A stretch of DNA of 64,000 nt from Geosiphon pyriformis uo1 (Eukaryota; Fungi; Glomeromycota). A model generated the notes under the pieces. That model was not told the origin of the DNA. It was given only the letters and a program-made list of their open reading frames with translations, and made no database searches. Positions 1-12,700 of the stretch are shown one piece after another; within the stretch, counting starts at the first letter, position 1, and each line of letters starts with the position of its first letter. Both the position numbers and the translations under genes were made by a program. The DNA lies in contig JAAOMT010000372.1 of the NCBI GenBank assembly GCA_016748015.1, positions 496,001 through 560,000 on the forward strand, in the 5' to 3' direction.

Positions 1-1567
1 TGTCTAATGAAGCTAATGAGGTAAAGAAGCTAAATTCGGAAAGTTTGAAAGACTGGTGGAGTAAATGACTGGTATGTATCAAACTTCTGAAATTTCACTG
101 AGCTTTTGTGTTTGGGCGTTATTATTCTACTGGTATTTTACTGACATGTAAATTGCTCTTGGCATCTAGTGGAGAATAATTCTGGGTTTTCTTATTAAAT
201 TAAAGAGTTCTGTTTGTGCGTGTTGCAAGAAGACGACGAGCATCTGGTACAAACTTCAAGGAAATTTGCTCAAAATAAAAAATAATAGGGTTCAGGTCAC
301 GAGTGGTTGATTTTTGGCTAACAAAAAAATTATTATTTGTGATTGAAGTCATTTTTTGTCAAACCTATATAAATATTATAATATAATCATATTGATTCCA
401 TTAGACAATTTCAACAAAACGAAATAAATTGTCAAAAATTTTGCAAGTCTTTTAGGACCTCTTAAAAAATTGTATAGGTCATTTAACTTTGAACGAGCGC
501 AATGGAAATGAACGAATTGAATATTTTTGCTAAAGTGGATCACCAAATTTCCCGATAAATTGCAACCGTGTAGAGAATGTCAAAAATTTCCACAAACAGT
601 AATTATTTGTAGACCAAAAACAAACGTTGTTTTTAATTGTTTCACAGTCAGTGAAAACTCAAAGAATACTAAAATGGGTAGATAATAACAATAATAATTT
701 AATGATAATTAAACAAATAAGAACCGTAACATTTCTGCTCTCCCAGGCTTTTTCCTTTTTTAATGATAAATTCTAGCATACTTGGAAAAAACCCATCACA
801 TATCAGATATTTAACTCAAACCCTCGGATTTTGATAAGAAATCGCCACCAAAAACGTCAATAAATTTTTTATTTATAATTTTTATTGGATTATTACTCTA
901 CCTGATTCAATCGTCTCCTAAAAGAAATTGGCTACCAGAATCAAATTGGAAATCAACAGAGAATACAAAATCAAATGGAAAAATCAACTTGAACTCAAGA
1001 AAGAGCACAATAAATAGCCCAGTTCAAGCAAGCGACATGTTTTAGTCCAACATTTTTGAAGAGACAAATCACAGCAAAACAGAAATAAGAGTAAAGGTTA
1101 TGTTCTTCGAAAAATTTACAACCCAAAAAATTTTTTTAACTCAACATTTATCGGAAAGGAAACATTATTCAATTATCAGGTCTAACCAGCTTTTTGGTAA
1201 ATACCTTTTAGAAAATACAACTACATATTAATTTCTGGCCAAGATTGTGAAATACGCGAACAAAAGTTTCAATCTATTAGAAAGAAAGCAGAAATTAGGA
1301 GACAGTAGAATTTTTAGTATAGAATTAAAAATTTTGTTTGAAGTTATCCAATTCAATTTCAATATTTTTTAACCTTAAATTTTTACTTTAAGTGAATGTT
1401 GAAATCAGAGAAGAGAAAAGGGAAAAAAATTATCATTGTATTCTAGTTTTTCCTATGAAAGTTTTATGGGCCTTGATAAAGAAGTGACTCCGCTAAAATA
1501 TATGGGAAGATTCAAGAGCGTAGGGTTAATACTATGATTTTGCAGGTTTTAACAGGTACAGGTTGCC

Positions 1568-1603
<36 letters not shown>
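1568..1603. repeat. (AAT)12 microsatellite
   Basis: Perfect AAT trinucleotide run read directly. Confidence 0.95.
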
Positions 1604-1604
<1 letters not shown>

Positions 1605-2339
1605 GCACTAAAGATAGCAAAGAAATGTTATTACAAATTTATTGGTCATGGCATAGCTGAAGGTAATTATTACCTGGTGTTTTGTCTTACTTTAGTGTTA
1701 GCAAAGTATAATTGATAAATTTTATAAAATTATTTAAAGCTATTACCATGTTCGCAGCAGTACAATTTAAAGTGAGGTATGGAAAATAAAAGTTTCCCAT
1801 ATAAATTTTGGCTCTCTACGAATAGGTAATGGGTACTTTGGAAATTATGTTGAAAGAGGATTTATTGTCTATCGTGTTACCCATTCAAACGATTGGTATC
1901 CTCTATTATGAGTCATATTCAACCAGAATATTGGATTCCAAGCGACGACGATTGTGAGTGTTGGTCATCCGGTTTGTAACTTCAATCAATTGAGTTCATG
2001 TTTTTTTTTCAGCCAAAAATGTAATGCGTGTATATTCCTTTTTTTTATAGAAAATGTGGGATATAATCAGGGTCCATGCTTTGGCTGCACAATGGGGGTC
2101 TAGCATCTACCAAGTGAATGAAAAACTCAATGGAATTCGGAACATGATTCGAGTTCTCAGACGATTCACGTTGCATTGAAATCACAGCTAAGAAATGAAA
2201 ACATCTTAACAAGCTCTATCTTATTGGCTAATATAAGCATCACGGCTCTTTTAGAAGATTTTTTAATTATAATTAACAAAGGTTTAGACACCTATAGACA
2301 TCTTAATATATGAAAAATAATTCCTCAGCTAAAAAATCA

Positions 2340-3085
2340 ACTTAAAAATATTGGCCAAAGTTTCACATATCTTTTCAAATCTGTAAAAGTTAATCAAACC
2401 TCACCCAATTCGGTTTTTCTGCTTGGCTTTTTTTACCAATTTGGAATTGGGATCAATCTTAATGTTAGGCAGGCTTTTTTAGAATATCAGAAAAGCCCTT
2501 CTCAAAAAAATCCCTTAGAACAATTATTTCTCAGGCAATTTTATATAAATGGCATCGACATTGAAAAAATAATAAAAAAGGCTTCGAATGGTATACCAAA
2601 TCAGTGGAAAACGGATGAAAGATCTCGTAAAGGCATTTAAATGGTATACTAAAGAAGCAGAAATAGGTCATATAAGAGCACAATGTAGTCTTCGATTTTG
2701 CTATTATAATGGGGTTGGAGTAACCAAAGATTTTATAAAACCCGTTGAATGGCAACCAAAGCAGCAGAAAAAGGTCATTTGACTCTCCAATATAATCTTG
2801 AAATCTGCTATGAATATGGGTACGGAGTAACCAAAGATCTTGCAAAAACAGTTGAATGGTATGATAAAGCAGCCGAAAAAAGATGTTCAGATGTACAATA
2901 TAATCTTGCAATTTGTTAGTATCATGGGTATGGAGTGATGAAAGATTTCTTAAAAGCGGTTGAATGGTGAATTAAAGCAGCGGAAATAGGACATTCAAGA
3001 GCAGAAAATAATCTTGGATTTCGCTATTATAATGGGGATGGAGTAACCAAAGATGAGCAAAAAAATAAAAATCAATACTATTAAA
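2340..3085 (+). pseudogene. Sel1-like repeat (SLR) protein pseudogene; decayed upstream part may extend to ~1.2 kb
   Basis: ~108-bp (36-aa) periodic units near 2657, 2764, 2872 and 2980 translate to e.g. AFKWYTKEAEIGHIRAQCSLRFCYYNGVGVTKD and KAAEIGHSRAENNLGFRYYNGDGVTKD. There are frameshifts and stops, and the last repeat breaks off at ~3063. Confidence 0.85.
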
Positions 3086-4165
3086 AACTTATCTATGGAT
3101 TTACAAAGTTCAAACAAAATACACTAAAAGCTAAAAAGATTAATGAGCGAAATGCCTAATTTCAAAATGTCTTTGTTAATAAAAAATTTTCAATATTTTA
3201 ACGTTGTCAGCAGTTTGGTAACTTATTTTAAAAACTAAATGGTATTTAAAAATATTTGCACTTTTTTCTTAGTTTTAATTGTGACAGTGTAAAAAAACAA
3301 GAGATTGTTGGTAGATCATTTTATAAATTTAATTTGCTGAAAATTAATACTAAAAATAACAAAAATAAAATAAAAAGTTACTAGTTAAAATACAAAAGCT
3401 ATAAATATAAAATATGAATTTGTGTATTGAAAAAGAGTGGTTGAATATTCTATTAAAATATTCAAATTTACTTTAATAAGATAATAAAAAAACCATCAAA
3501 GCTTAAAAACAACTATAATTGAAAGTTACCAGTTTATGTACATTCCCAAACTCCTGGCTCTGGCTGACTTAAAAATATATATTAAACCTGATTCTAATAA
3601 TTGATTAATTTGAACAATTTAGCAAAAAAGTTTTATTACATTAAAAATATTGAATGCAAAAGTTCTTTCAAAAGAAGCTTTGATGTTTTCAAAAAAGAAA
3701 AGCCTGAAGACTTTGCAGAACATGTAATACAAAGTTTGGAAATTTATTGGGGTGAGTAAGTAAAAAAAAAGCCATCATTAAAAGGAATAAATTGAGAAAA
3801 AGTGGCATTTTCCTTTTTAACTTGATTAGTTAATAAAATTTCTATTTTTTCTGCTTGGTTTAATTAACTATTCTCTTTTTCTTGGCAAATAAAGTTTTAT
3901 TATCTGGTCAAATTTTATTTTTTTTCCATCTGGACTTTTTTTTGTTGTTTCGTTAAAAAATTTTTTAAGGAATTCTCATTTTACTTTTAATTGCTGCTAA
4001 CTTTTTTACTTTGCTTAAAAGCTCTGTTATACAATTTACTCTGATTTCTCTAAAAAAAATTTTTCGGTTTAAAAAGGTTCATAAGAAAATTTTTTAACTT
4101 TTGCTCCATTTTTTGCTTTGGCAAATAATTCTTTTAAACTGTTTACTTGAATTTCTTGGAGTTAC

Positions 4166-4586
4166 TCATATTCGGTTATAAAGATAAGTAGTAAAGTTAG
4201 GAAACTTCTTTTTCTGATTAATTTACCCTTATTTATTCCATAAAGAAATAAACATTTCTTTCATAATTTCTTTTTACTATAGAAACATAATGTAGCAAAA
4301 GATAAGTTTGCTGGTAGATTTCTAACTGTCATTTACACATTATATAACTCTAAAATTTCTTTAAAATCTCTGGTGAAATTAAGGTTTTTCTTATATTTTT
4401 CCTTATTTTTAGTGATAACTATATTAAAGAATTTTTTGATGGTTTACAAAGTTTTTTTTTCATCAAAACTGTATTTCCAGAAGTTATTTAGGAAAAATAA
4501 TTAATTTTAGCATAAAATTTCAACGTGATATTATTATCTTTGGCAATGAAGAAAGCTTGATTCATCTCTCAAATTAAATTTACCAT
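4166..4586 (-). pseudogene. folA: Dihydrofolate reductase pseudogene, bacterial type
   Basis: Manual minus-strand translation from ATG 4586: MVNLI(TGA)EMNQAFFIAKDNNI...YFS*ITSGNTVLMKKKT...NIVITKN...EIYQQT...YVSIVKRNYERNVYF...FPNFTTYLYNRI. This matches DHFR motifs (LIWAMD..IGKDN.LPW, T.GNTVLMGRKT, NIV.T, EIY, EGD.YFP). Confidence 0.85.
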
Positions 4587-4989
4587 TCAACTTAAATTAT
4601 GAGTTTAAGGAGAAAGCTCAGAAATATAATGAGGATATCTTGATAACATTTTAGAAAATCTTATGAAAAAATTTTCAGTATTTTTAAACTTTAAAACTAA
4701 TCTTTTTTTGATAAAGGTAGTAACTTCTATTTTCAGAAAAGTAAGTTTTACTTGGTGTTGACCAAGCATACTTGTTTGATGTTAAAAACTCCCTTTTTTT
4801 TTTTTTTATAGATAAAACTTAAAATTCATTGTTGAATTGTCTGAAAAATTAAATTTCCTTAGCCATGAAATTTTGATGAATTCGCCTGCTATTTTCGTAA
4901 GAGAGAATTTCTTGATCGATATTCGGCAGTAATGCATGGAGATTTTAACTGCCTTTTCCTCGGCAATTATTTCCAATTTATATTTTAAA

Positions 4990-5682
4990 TTAAGAAAATG
5001 AAAATAAAAAATTAATTTTTACTCTGGGATTAAGTTTCAGGGTTGCGGTTCTCTTTTTAACTTGTTCCAAATGATTTAAATAAACATGAACATCACTATT
5101 TGTAAGCTGTAAGAATCAATATATTGCCACTTCTTTGATATAATAAGCAAGATAATTTAGTGGAAATGAAATAGATGATAATCTCTGGTTAATTAATATA
5201 TGGCGTCGCCAAAAAAAAGATTATTTTTGAAACTTCAATTAAAATTTTTAGCTACTCTATTCCATTAAAGTTTCGCATTACTTACCATAAACTAGACCCA
5301 AGTCACCATGTTTTTTAGCAAACTTAACATCAGCTCTAACTCTCTCAAAAAACTCTTTCATAGTTTTAATTGTTTCACCACGGTAATCCGCAGATAATTT
5401 GAAATATTTTCAAGATCATTTATTTCAAATTTTCACTTTATTTTCAATTATATACTTAATATTAAAAACTATTTTTTTGATAAATTAAAGCAGTTTGTGG
5501 ACAATTGTTTTGAAATTCACCCTTTTTACAATTTAGTATTGGAAATTTTTCTCAAAGGTTAAAATGAATTTAGCAGCCAAAAAGGGCTTTAGTCCCTATT
5601 CCCACATTTTTTTTCCACTTATAATTATTGACTTTAAAAGATCAAGATATGCTTTTTCAGTTGTTGGTTTATTAATTAGCAT
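4990..5682 (-). pseudogene. thyA: Thymidylate synthase pseudogene, bacterial long-insert type
   Basis: From ATG 5682: EKAYLDLLKSII..GIGTKALFG..FNL.EKFPIL..VNFKTIVHKLL*FIK..NIKYIIENKVKI(TGA)NK(TGA)S(TGA)KYFKLSADYRGETIKTMKEFFERVRADVKFAKKHGDLGLVYGK*.RNFNGI..LKNLIE..RRHIL [deletion] LSCLLYQRSGNI [del] SYSL [del] DVHVYLNHLEQVK..LKLNPRVK. The catalytic PCH segment is deleted and there are several frameshifts. Confidence 0.92.
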
Positions 5683-5694
5683 AAGTTTAATGAT

Positions 5695-5850
5695 TTATCA
5701 AATTAATTTATTTATTTTGACTTAACTTTTTCTAATCTTTGGTAAAAATATTTTTTATTATTTTCATCTAAATTATTATTCGCTTGATCAAAAATAAAGA
5801 ATTCTTGGACGTCGCCAATTATAAATAAATTTTTTAAATAAATCAATGGC
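5695..5850 (-). pseudogene. 3' end of an ABC transporter ATP-binding protein gene
   Basis: Translation ...LFIIGDVQEFFIFDQANNNLDENNKKYFYQRLEKVKSK resembles Walker B/D-loop (hhhDE..NLD), followed by a degenerate H-loop that ends a few bases before the thyA ATG. Confidence 0.6.
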
Positions 5851-6526
5851 TTTAAATTATTTAAAACAAAATCAACTTTATTAAATAAATAATAATTTTT
5901 GTAAACTATAGTTATTATAATTCTAAATTTAATATATATAACAATTTTTTTAACATTAAATTTTGCAGTTTTAGATTTTATAAAATAAAATTTTAAAAAT
6001 TTTTAATAAACTTATTCAAAAATTTACAATTTGAATACAAAGAATTAACTAATTGAAAAAATAAAGTCTTTTAAATTTAAAATTAATTAAGCTTGGCTCT
6101 TTTAACATAATATTTATACTACATAAATTTCAGAAAAATTAAATTCTAAGAAACTTTGAGCATTTAAAATAATTGAAAATTTAATTTTATTGGCTTATTG
6201 ATTACAATTTTCAATAAATCTTAAAATTAAAATGTATTTCATGTATTATTATTGAAAACTTTATATTTAAAATAATATTTTTGAACACTAAATTTTGTCA
6301 ATAAAATTTGTAATTTTTCAAAAAATGAGAAAAATTTAAATTATTTAAATACTTGATTTTAAACTTATAAGAAACAAAACTTCTTTCTCTCTTCCATCCA
6401 AAAAACCCCAAAGAGCACTTTTTTGAAAAAGAAGTTTTTTATTTTATTTTTCTTGTTAGTTATCTCACCATTTTTTTACCTCATAACCCATTTGTAGTAA
6501 GCTTGGAAACTGCTTCTAATAGCAAT

Positions 6527-8386
6527 ATGATAAAGAAAAAGACACTCAAAAGTGCTTTTCATGGTCTAATTGAAAGTTCTTTCTCTCAGAAAAAGAAGGT
6601 TGTTCTTGAGAATATTAAGCACACTGATAATAAAAAGAATGTATTTCTGGTCAAGTCAGGGTTCAGTGATAGTATTTATTCTAATGTAAACAGCTTGTCT
6701 GGTGATGATGGAAATGTTGACATGGCTGGCATTAGTAGTAAATTTCTTCTGGATTTGGCTGTTACTACTTCTAAAGTGAAGTGATTCAATACTAGTGCTG
6801 ATTTTGGTTCTCCTCTCAGTTTTCCCAACTTTGTTATGGATAATAATGAAGTTACCCTTCTTCCTCATGTTAATTTCTCTCTAAAAAAGAAGTGAATTGA
6901 TCCCAAAATCACCAAAGTACAAGTGAAAGTATCTTTCAAAAAGTTATTTGCTTTGGACATCAATCTCTCAACTATGAAAGAAAAATCAGCAACAGCAAAA
7001 ACTTAACTTATTGGAAAAGTTTTTTCAATAATCAATAGTTTTGGGAGAGCCACTACTCTCTCAAAGTTTAAAGAGATCATCAGATTTATGTTTACCTCAG
7101 AGAAGAGCATAGAAAAAGTCGTATTATTGGCCAGAAAAAAGGAGATTAATGTAAACAATAATCTCAAGAAACAAAAAATTTGTTCAGATTGGACCATAAT
7201 AATCAAAAAAATTCTCATAAATATGCCAAAAGAAATAATTGTTACCATAGTATCTAAGTTTGGTAATATTAAGTCAATGAAGATTCAGTTAATTGAAATG
7301 TGACAGAAGACTGTAGTAGAATTTGCTGAATTGGAGCAGGCAAAACAACTGGCATCAAAATGGTCATTTCTCATTGGAAAGGACTCAGTATGTGTGGCTA
7401 TGGCTATGAGAGATCAGGATATTTGGATGTTTAAAGATTGCTTTAAGGCACTTTTGTTTACTTTGCTGATGGAAACAACAGTTCATGATTTAGGAACTTT
7501 GTTAGAAAAGGCTGGTATGAAAACATGTGTTATTAATCACTCTCTTGTTACTGGCAACCAGTTTTGCTGTGCTGTAGTTGGTTTCAATTCAAATGAAAAC
7601 CTGGAATCTGTATTTTACACAGAGCCAATTTTTGGTGGTGTTAAACTTTCATGGACTAGGATGGATTTGGTTTATTGTAAGAAGTGCAGTTGTTTTAAAC
7701 ATTTTGCTCTTGAATGTGATTCTTTAGATGTGTTAATCCCATTTTCCCCAAAATTTTATAAGAAAGTTGTCTTGGAAAAAATTCATCTTTAACTTGCTAG
7801 ATTGTATGCTAAGAAATATGTTCCAATTTTCCATTCTGCTGCCTTTGGTAACAAGTCTTGGGCTCAGATAGTTTCACTTGAGTTGGTCTCAAGTGGCTCT
7901 TTTCTTGGCTCTGGTTTCAGTTCTGGTTTTGGTTCCCCTCCTACTGATATCTCTGGTTTGAATGGTGATTCCCTTCTTGCTTCAGTTAATGATTTAGCTT
8001 TGAATGCTCAGTTGGTCTCTTTGAAATGTTCTCTAAAGCTCTTAATAAATCAGGTTTTTGGCATTGTGTGAAAATTAAGTGGCATAAAATTGATGTCTTT
8101 GGCTCTTCTTCCTTATTCTAGTGTTTTGGCTGTTTCAATAACTGTTAGTTTAAATTTAGGCCAAGACATGGTTTTGGATGGTTCTGAATTAGTTTCTTCA
8201 TCTTTTTCTCATGCTGTTTATGATGTTTCAGCTTTGGGTCTTAGTAGTTCAAAAGTTTTAACAGCCAAGATGGGCAGTTTAAAGTCAAAATTTGTGGCTT
8301 TTGAGGCCTCTGTAAATTCAGTTCTGATGAAGTTAGATCAGTTGTGTGCTGGCTTGAGTTTTTTGATGTCTTTTTTGTCCCAATGA
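6527..8386 (+). pseudogene. LINE-A ORF1 (RRM-like region + CCHC knuckle), with stops
   Basis: Same-frame fragments 6503-8386; knuckle CKKCSCFKHFALEC; homologous to LINE-B ORF1. Confidence 0.85.
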
Positions 8387-9579
8387 ATGATCTGGTTTGG
8401 AAAATTGCTACATGCAATGTTCATGACATTAATGTTTTAGCTAAGCAAAATGACGTTATGTGTTGATATGTAAATTCAGGTAATATGATTTCAATTGTCA
8501 CGAAAACAAAGTTAAAGTTTAGCATTAGATCTTAGATTATGAACAAATTTGAGGGAGTGCAAATTTTTTTTTCTGGTTTGGACAAGAGTTTTCTTGGTGC
8601 TGGGGTGGTCATTATTATGAACAATTCTTTGGTCTATCATGTTTTTAAAATTGAAAAAGTTTCTGGATAAATTATTTCTATTAGGCTTTTGTTTAAGGGG
8701 AAGTTATCTATTATAATTTTAGGATTATATGCTGGTGTATCTGCTAAGATAAAATATGGTCAAGCATCTGAAATTAATTTCTTTATTGCCAAAGCTGTCA
8801 ATTCCAGCACTTTTGTGGTAGTGAGTAGAGATTTTAATAAAAATAATATTAAAAGGAGTACAAGTTTCAAGTTTTGCATGAATCTGGGATTGGTTAACTC
8901 TTTTCATAGATATTTATTAGCTAAGTCATATATTTAAAGCAATTTTAAGGACATAAAAAAAGTCATTGATTTCATTTTTGTTTCTTACAGTCTGGCATCT
9001 GCTGTTGCTGGCCATAAAGTAGAGCCAGTTTCTGAATTTTTTGATACTGATCACAAAACAGTATCAATAGTAATTGGTTTGGGTGGTCTTTTGAATATAC
9101 ATCTTAACAGTATGTGCAAACAGGAATAGATGAAAATTCCAGATCAAGAATGCTAGTGATAAAAGTTGATTGCAATTTAGAAGCTGTTCTTTAAACATAT
9201 TTTTGGAGAGAATAGGGGTTTTCAATAGTGCTAAGTGTCATGAAAATTTGAACTCAATATAAGAAATTTTAAAAGAGATGATAGTAGTTTTTGTTAATGA
9301 AATGTTTCTTAGGTTGTGGTTTTCTGGATCTGATGTCTCAGTGGATAAACAGTTGTTGAAGTTTGTTAAGCTTGAATTGTTGGTGGCAAAGCTAATGAGA
9401 AATGTAAGCTTTAATCAAGTTTTAAGGGCTGTTTGTCTTATTAACACATGGACTGCCATTGATAAAAGAGAAGCTGTTAATGTTCATGACATGATTGAGA
9501 ATGGTGTTTGTTCTAGTGTTGTCTTATATTATTTGTTATGTGTCAAGAAAAATTATTGCAAGTCCAAATACTATGAATT
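8383..9579 (+). pseudogene. LINE-A ORF2 part 1 (apurinic-type endonuclease)
   Basis: ATG AAT GAT CTG GTT TGG = MNDLVWKIATCNVH; GAGVVII, IDFIFV and FDTDH motifs. Confidence 0.85.
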
Positions 9580-9710
9580 TTTTTTTTATTACATTTTACA
9601 AGTGAGGTACAAACACTATCTAGTACAATACATCAATTGACTAATCTAAACTAGGCATGAATCATGCATTTTCTACACATAACCAGCCATTCGGGCCAAT
9701 TAGAATCACA

Positions 9711-12700
9711 CTAAACACTTATATGTACCAAGACTGAGTCTCCAACACCTAAGAAAAACAAACAAGCCTTACAAAAACCAAAACCAATACCAATTGCCTC
9801 AACAATACTCAGCAATTTAACAACACCTGCAGAAAGCAATGCAGGCAGCTCTAAAACTGAAACTAAAGCTGAACTGTCAATAGGTATAATCCTACTCTTT
9901 TTTATGCAGACACAATGCTTAGCATGAACCAACCAAACCTCATCTCTAAAGGCAAGACACAAGTTATGCACAAATTTCACAACCTTCTGACCAGCTATTT
10001 TGGCACCTCCAAAAACAGACACAGCTTCCTAAAACCAATTCTTAAAAACAAAGCTTTGTAAAGAACTGTGCAAACCACAACATTTAAAGCACAGGAAATA
10101 AAAATTGAGAAACACTTGAAAAGAAGATGAAAAAACCAGAAAGAAAATCCCAAGCAGTGGCATGAGCATTTAATAAACAACAATAAGCAGAATCATTTAC
10201 CATAAAAGAAAAGGCATGGTCAGAAACCTCAATCTTGTCACAATACAAATACAGCACACTGAAATAGCATCTATTATACAATTGCTTCTGAACAGCGACT
10301 GGTAGCTGATGGTATAAGGCTTTTATGAAATATGTGCAAAACCCAGCCGAAGATTTACTAGTGAAGTCAGCAGCCATGTGCAAGTCTGGATGCCACACCA
10401 ATGATGAGCTAAACCAATCAATGTCCGAATGCAGACTACTATCTAAAACTCTAAAACTCAAATTGACCTCTCAATGCACACAATAAATAGACTAAAAGAC
10501 TCCATGAACAAAATGTCTAAAATTACCAGAAACAACATTTCCATCAGCTAAAATAAAATGTTCTTTCATATGTGGAACAAGACACTAGAGAGAAAGAGAC
10601 ATTGCATCGATAAACATATTAGCACATTTGTTGCTCATAACACCCAAATGGCCCTGCATCTTGTGTTAGCTAACCCTCAAATTTTTTTTTCTAATAATGT
10701 TTACAATGTGCTAATGCTCAACTCATGAGCGATTCCTAAAATCCAAATAAACTATACTTAATTCTGATTTGCAAGCATTCAAAACAGTCTGATTGTCCAA
10801 ATAGACACCAACTAAGCTATTAAAAGGAACACACTTAAAAGCCAACATGATGGCCTGCAATTCAACTAAAGTAGAAAACATTAAACCAGAAACTCTGACC
10901 CCCAAACTCAAGCTTATATCTTCAAAAAAAACTGCAGCACCAGTTTTTATGTCAACATTCCCCAATCCCTTCAGAGATTCATCTGTATAAATGGAAAAGC
11001 TGTCAGCTTCAAGATCCCACAACTGATTATAAATCAGTCCAAACTCACTAAATTCTAAAATATCCAAATGCTTAGTACCAACTATAGGCAAAAATTGGAC
11101 AGGAGAAGAAGCTACACTATCAAGAAAGTCAATAGAAAGCTTAAACCATTCAGGAACAGGACCATGTAGATCCAGTCTTTTCCAATATTTGAATGTTCTC
11201 CAATCAAAAACAGCTCTATTTTTACAGCAAAGCTGTTCAACAAAAGCAATACCATACTTTCAAAGGAATAGAAAAAATCTAAAGTAATCAAACCTGCCAA
11301 GAATAGATAACAGAGGAGTACCACCATGAAAATGGAAAGAATTGTTCACTTGATCACCCAAAGACAGACCACACCCAAGAAAAATATGAACCACACCTGC
11401 CAAAAAATTATTAAAAACACTGACTTTAATATGAACTGAGAATGCCAAAGGATGGAATGAACTCTAAGACAAAATCTGCAAGTCATGAAACCTGTGTAAA
11501 AACAAACAACCCAAAATTCCAACAGAGTTTACAAATCACACAATGGAAGCAACTTTGTTTTCAGCTTGAACTTATTCAAAAGTTTTTAAGCCATACAATA
11601 AGGGATGACAAAGTGCATCATTGGAAAAATTAAGAGGTAGACCAGACTTTAGCTTTAAGCTCCTGTAAATCAAAAAATCCCACTTATTACACATATTGAT
11701 AGGAACAAAACTGAACTGCATCTTGTAGTTAACAATAAGGTGGAGAATTGCTAATACAAGATACAAAAACTGCTTATCAAAAATGGCTTTCTTTAGAACC
11801 AGATTGGCAAAAAATCTGACATCAGCATCTGCTTTAGCTAGACTAGGTTTTGACAAACTCTCAGTCAACAAAAAAATTTTTAGGTAGTAATGAAACTCTC
11901 CTTTTTTGGCAATGGAAATAAGTAAACCACTAATAGACAAATTAGAACATGCCACTTTGCAATTAATAGGAATTGCCACTGTTTTGTCATTGTTAATAAA
12001 AATATTATTGATTCGAAAAAATTCACTAGCAATATTAAGAATGTGTTGGATTGTAGTTTGGCTACTACCAATTTAGATTGTGTCATCAACAAAAACACTA
12101 GCAGCAAAAAAAAACGTCAATTCAGCCTGAGACTCCAAATGATCAGTTCTGACAACAAAATAAGAGTTTATCCTATATCCATATATGTTTTCCTGTCTTT
12201 TGACTTCACACAAAAGAAGATCATAAAATATATGCCAAAAAAGCAGAGAGAACACTTGCCCTTGATCCAAACCATCATGTACTTAATATCTATCTATCAA
12301 ACCAAAATCTGTTATCACTCTATTAATATAACTATTGTGAATGCCACCAAAAAATTTAATGAACTTGTCACACATCTTTATTCTGACCAAACTGTTTCTA
12401 AGATGCTCCTATCCAACAGAGTTGTAGGCCTTTTATATGTCCTACAAGACCAATCAGAGTTCATGGTTCTTTTCCAAAGCATTCTCAATAACAGAACCAA
12501 TGACAAAAATGGGAGATTGTATTGTTGTATTCTTAAAAACTGAGAAATTGTCCCCATATAAAACATCAAAAGAGTTACAAGCTAAAGAAATTCTGTCTGA
12601 GAGAATCTTGAAAAAGATTTTGTGAACAGTCTCAATTAAAACAATAGGTTGGATATTCATAAGAACTCCCTCCCACTTATATGGTTTAGAAATCATCAAA

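Larger units (their letters stand above)
3070..5860 (-). other. Decayed bacterial (probably Mollicutes endobacterial) DNA segment integrated in the host chromosome
   Basis: Same-strand, intronless, tightly packed remnants of an ABC ATPase, thyA and folA, with TGA at Trp positions. Boundaries are approximate; the left part (3070-4160) is unidentified. Confidence 0.75.

Noticed and set aside
1-1100. Possible promoter or 5' region of a neighbouring gene
   Set aside because: No supportable ORF or motif within the window.
2531-2911. 126-aa minus-strand ORF
   Set aside because: Antisense shadow of the Sel1 repeats.
5278-5290. Minus-strand TATG|GTAAGT as a splice donor, implying a eukaryotic TS gene
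   Set aside because: The sequence continues directly as the ThyA motif VYGK(Q)(W)RNFNG, so there is no intron.
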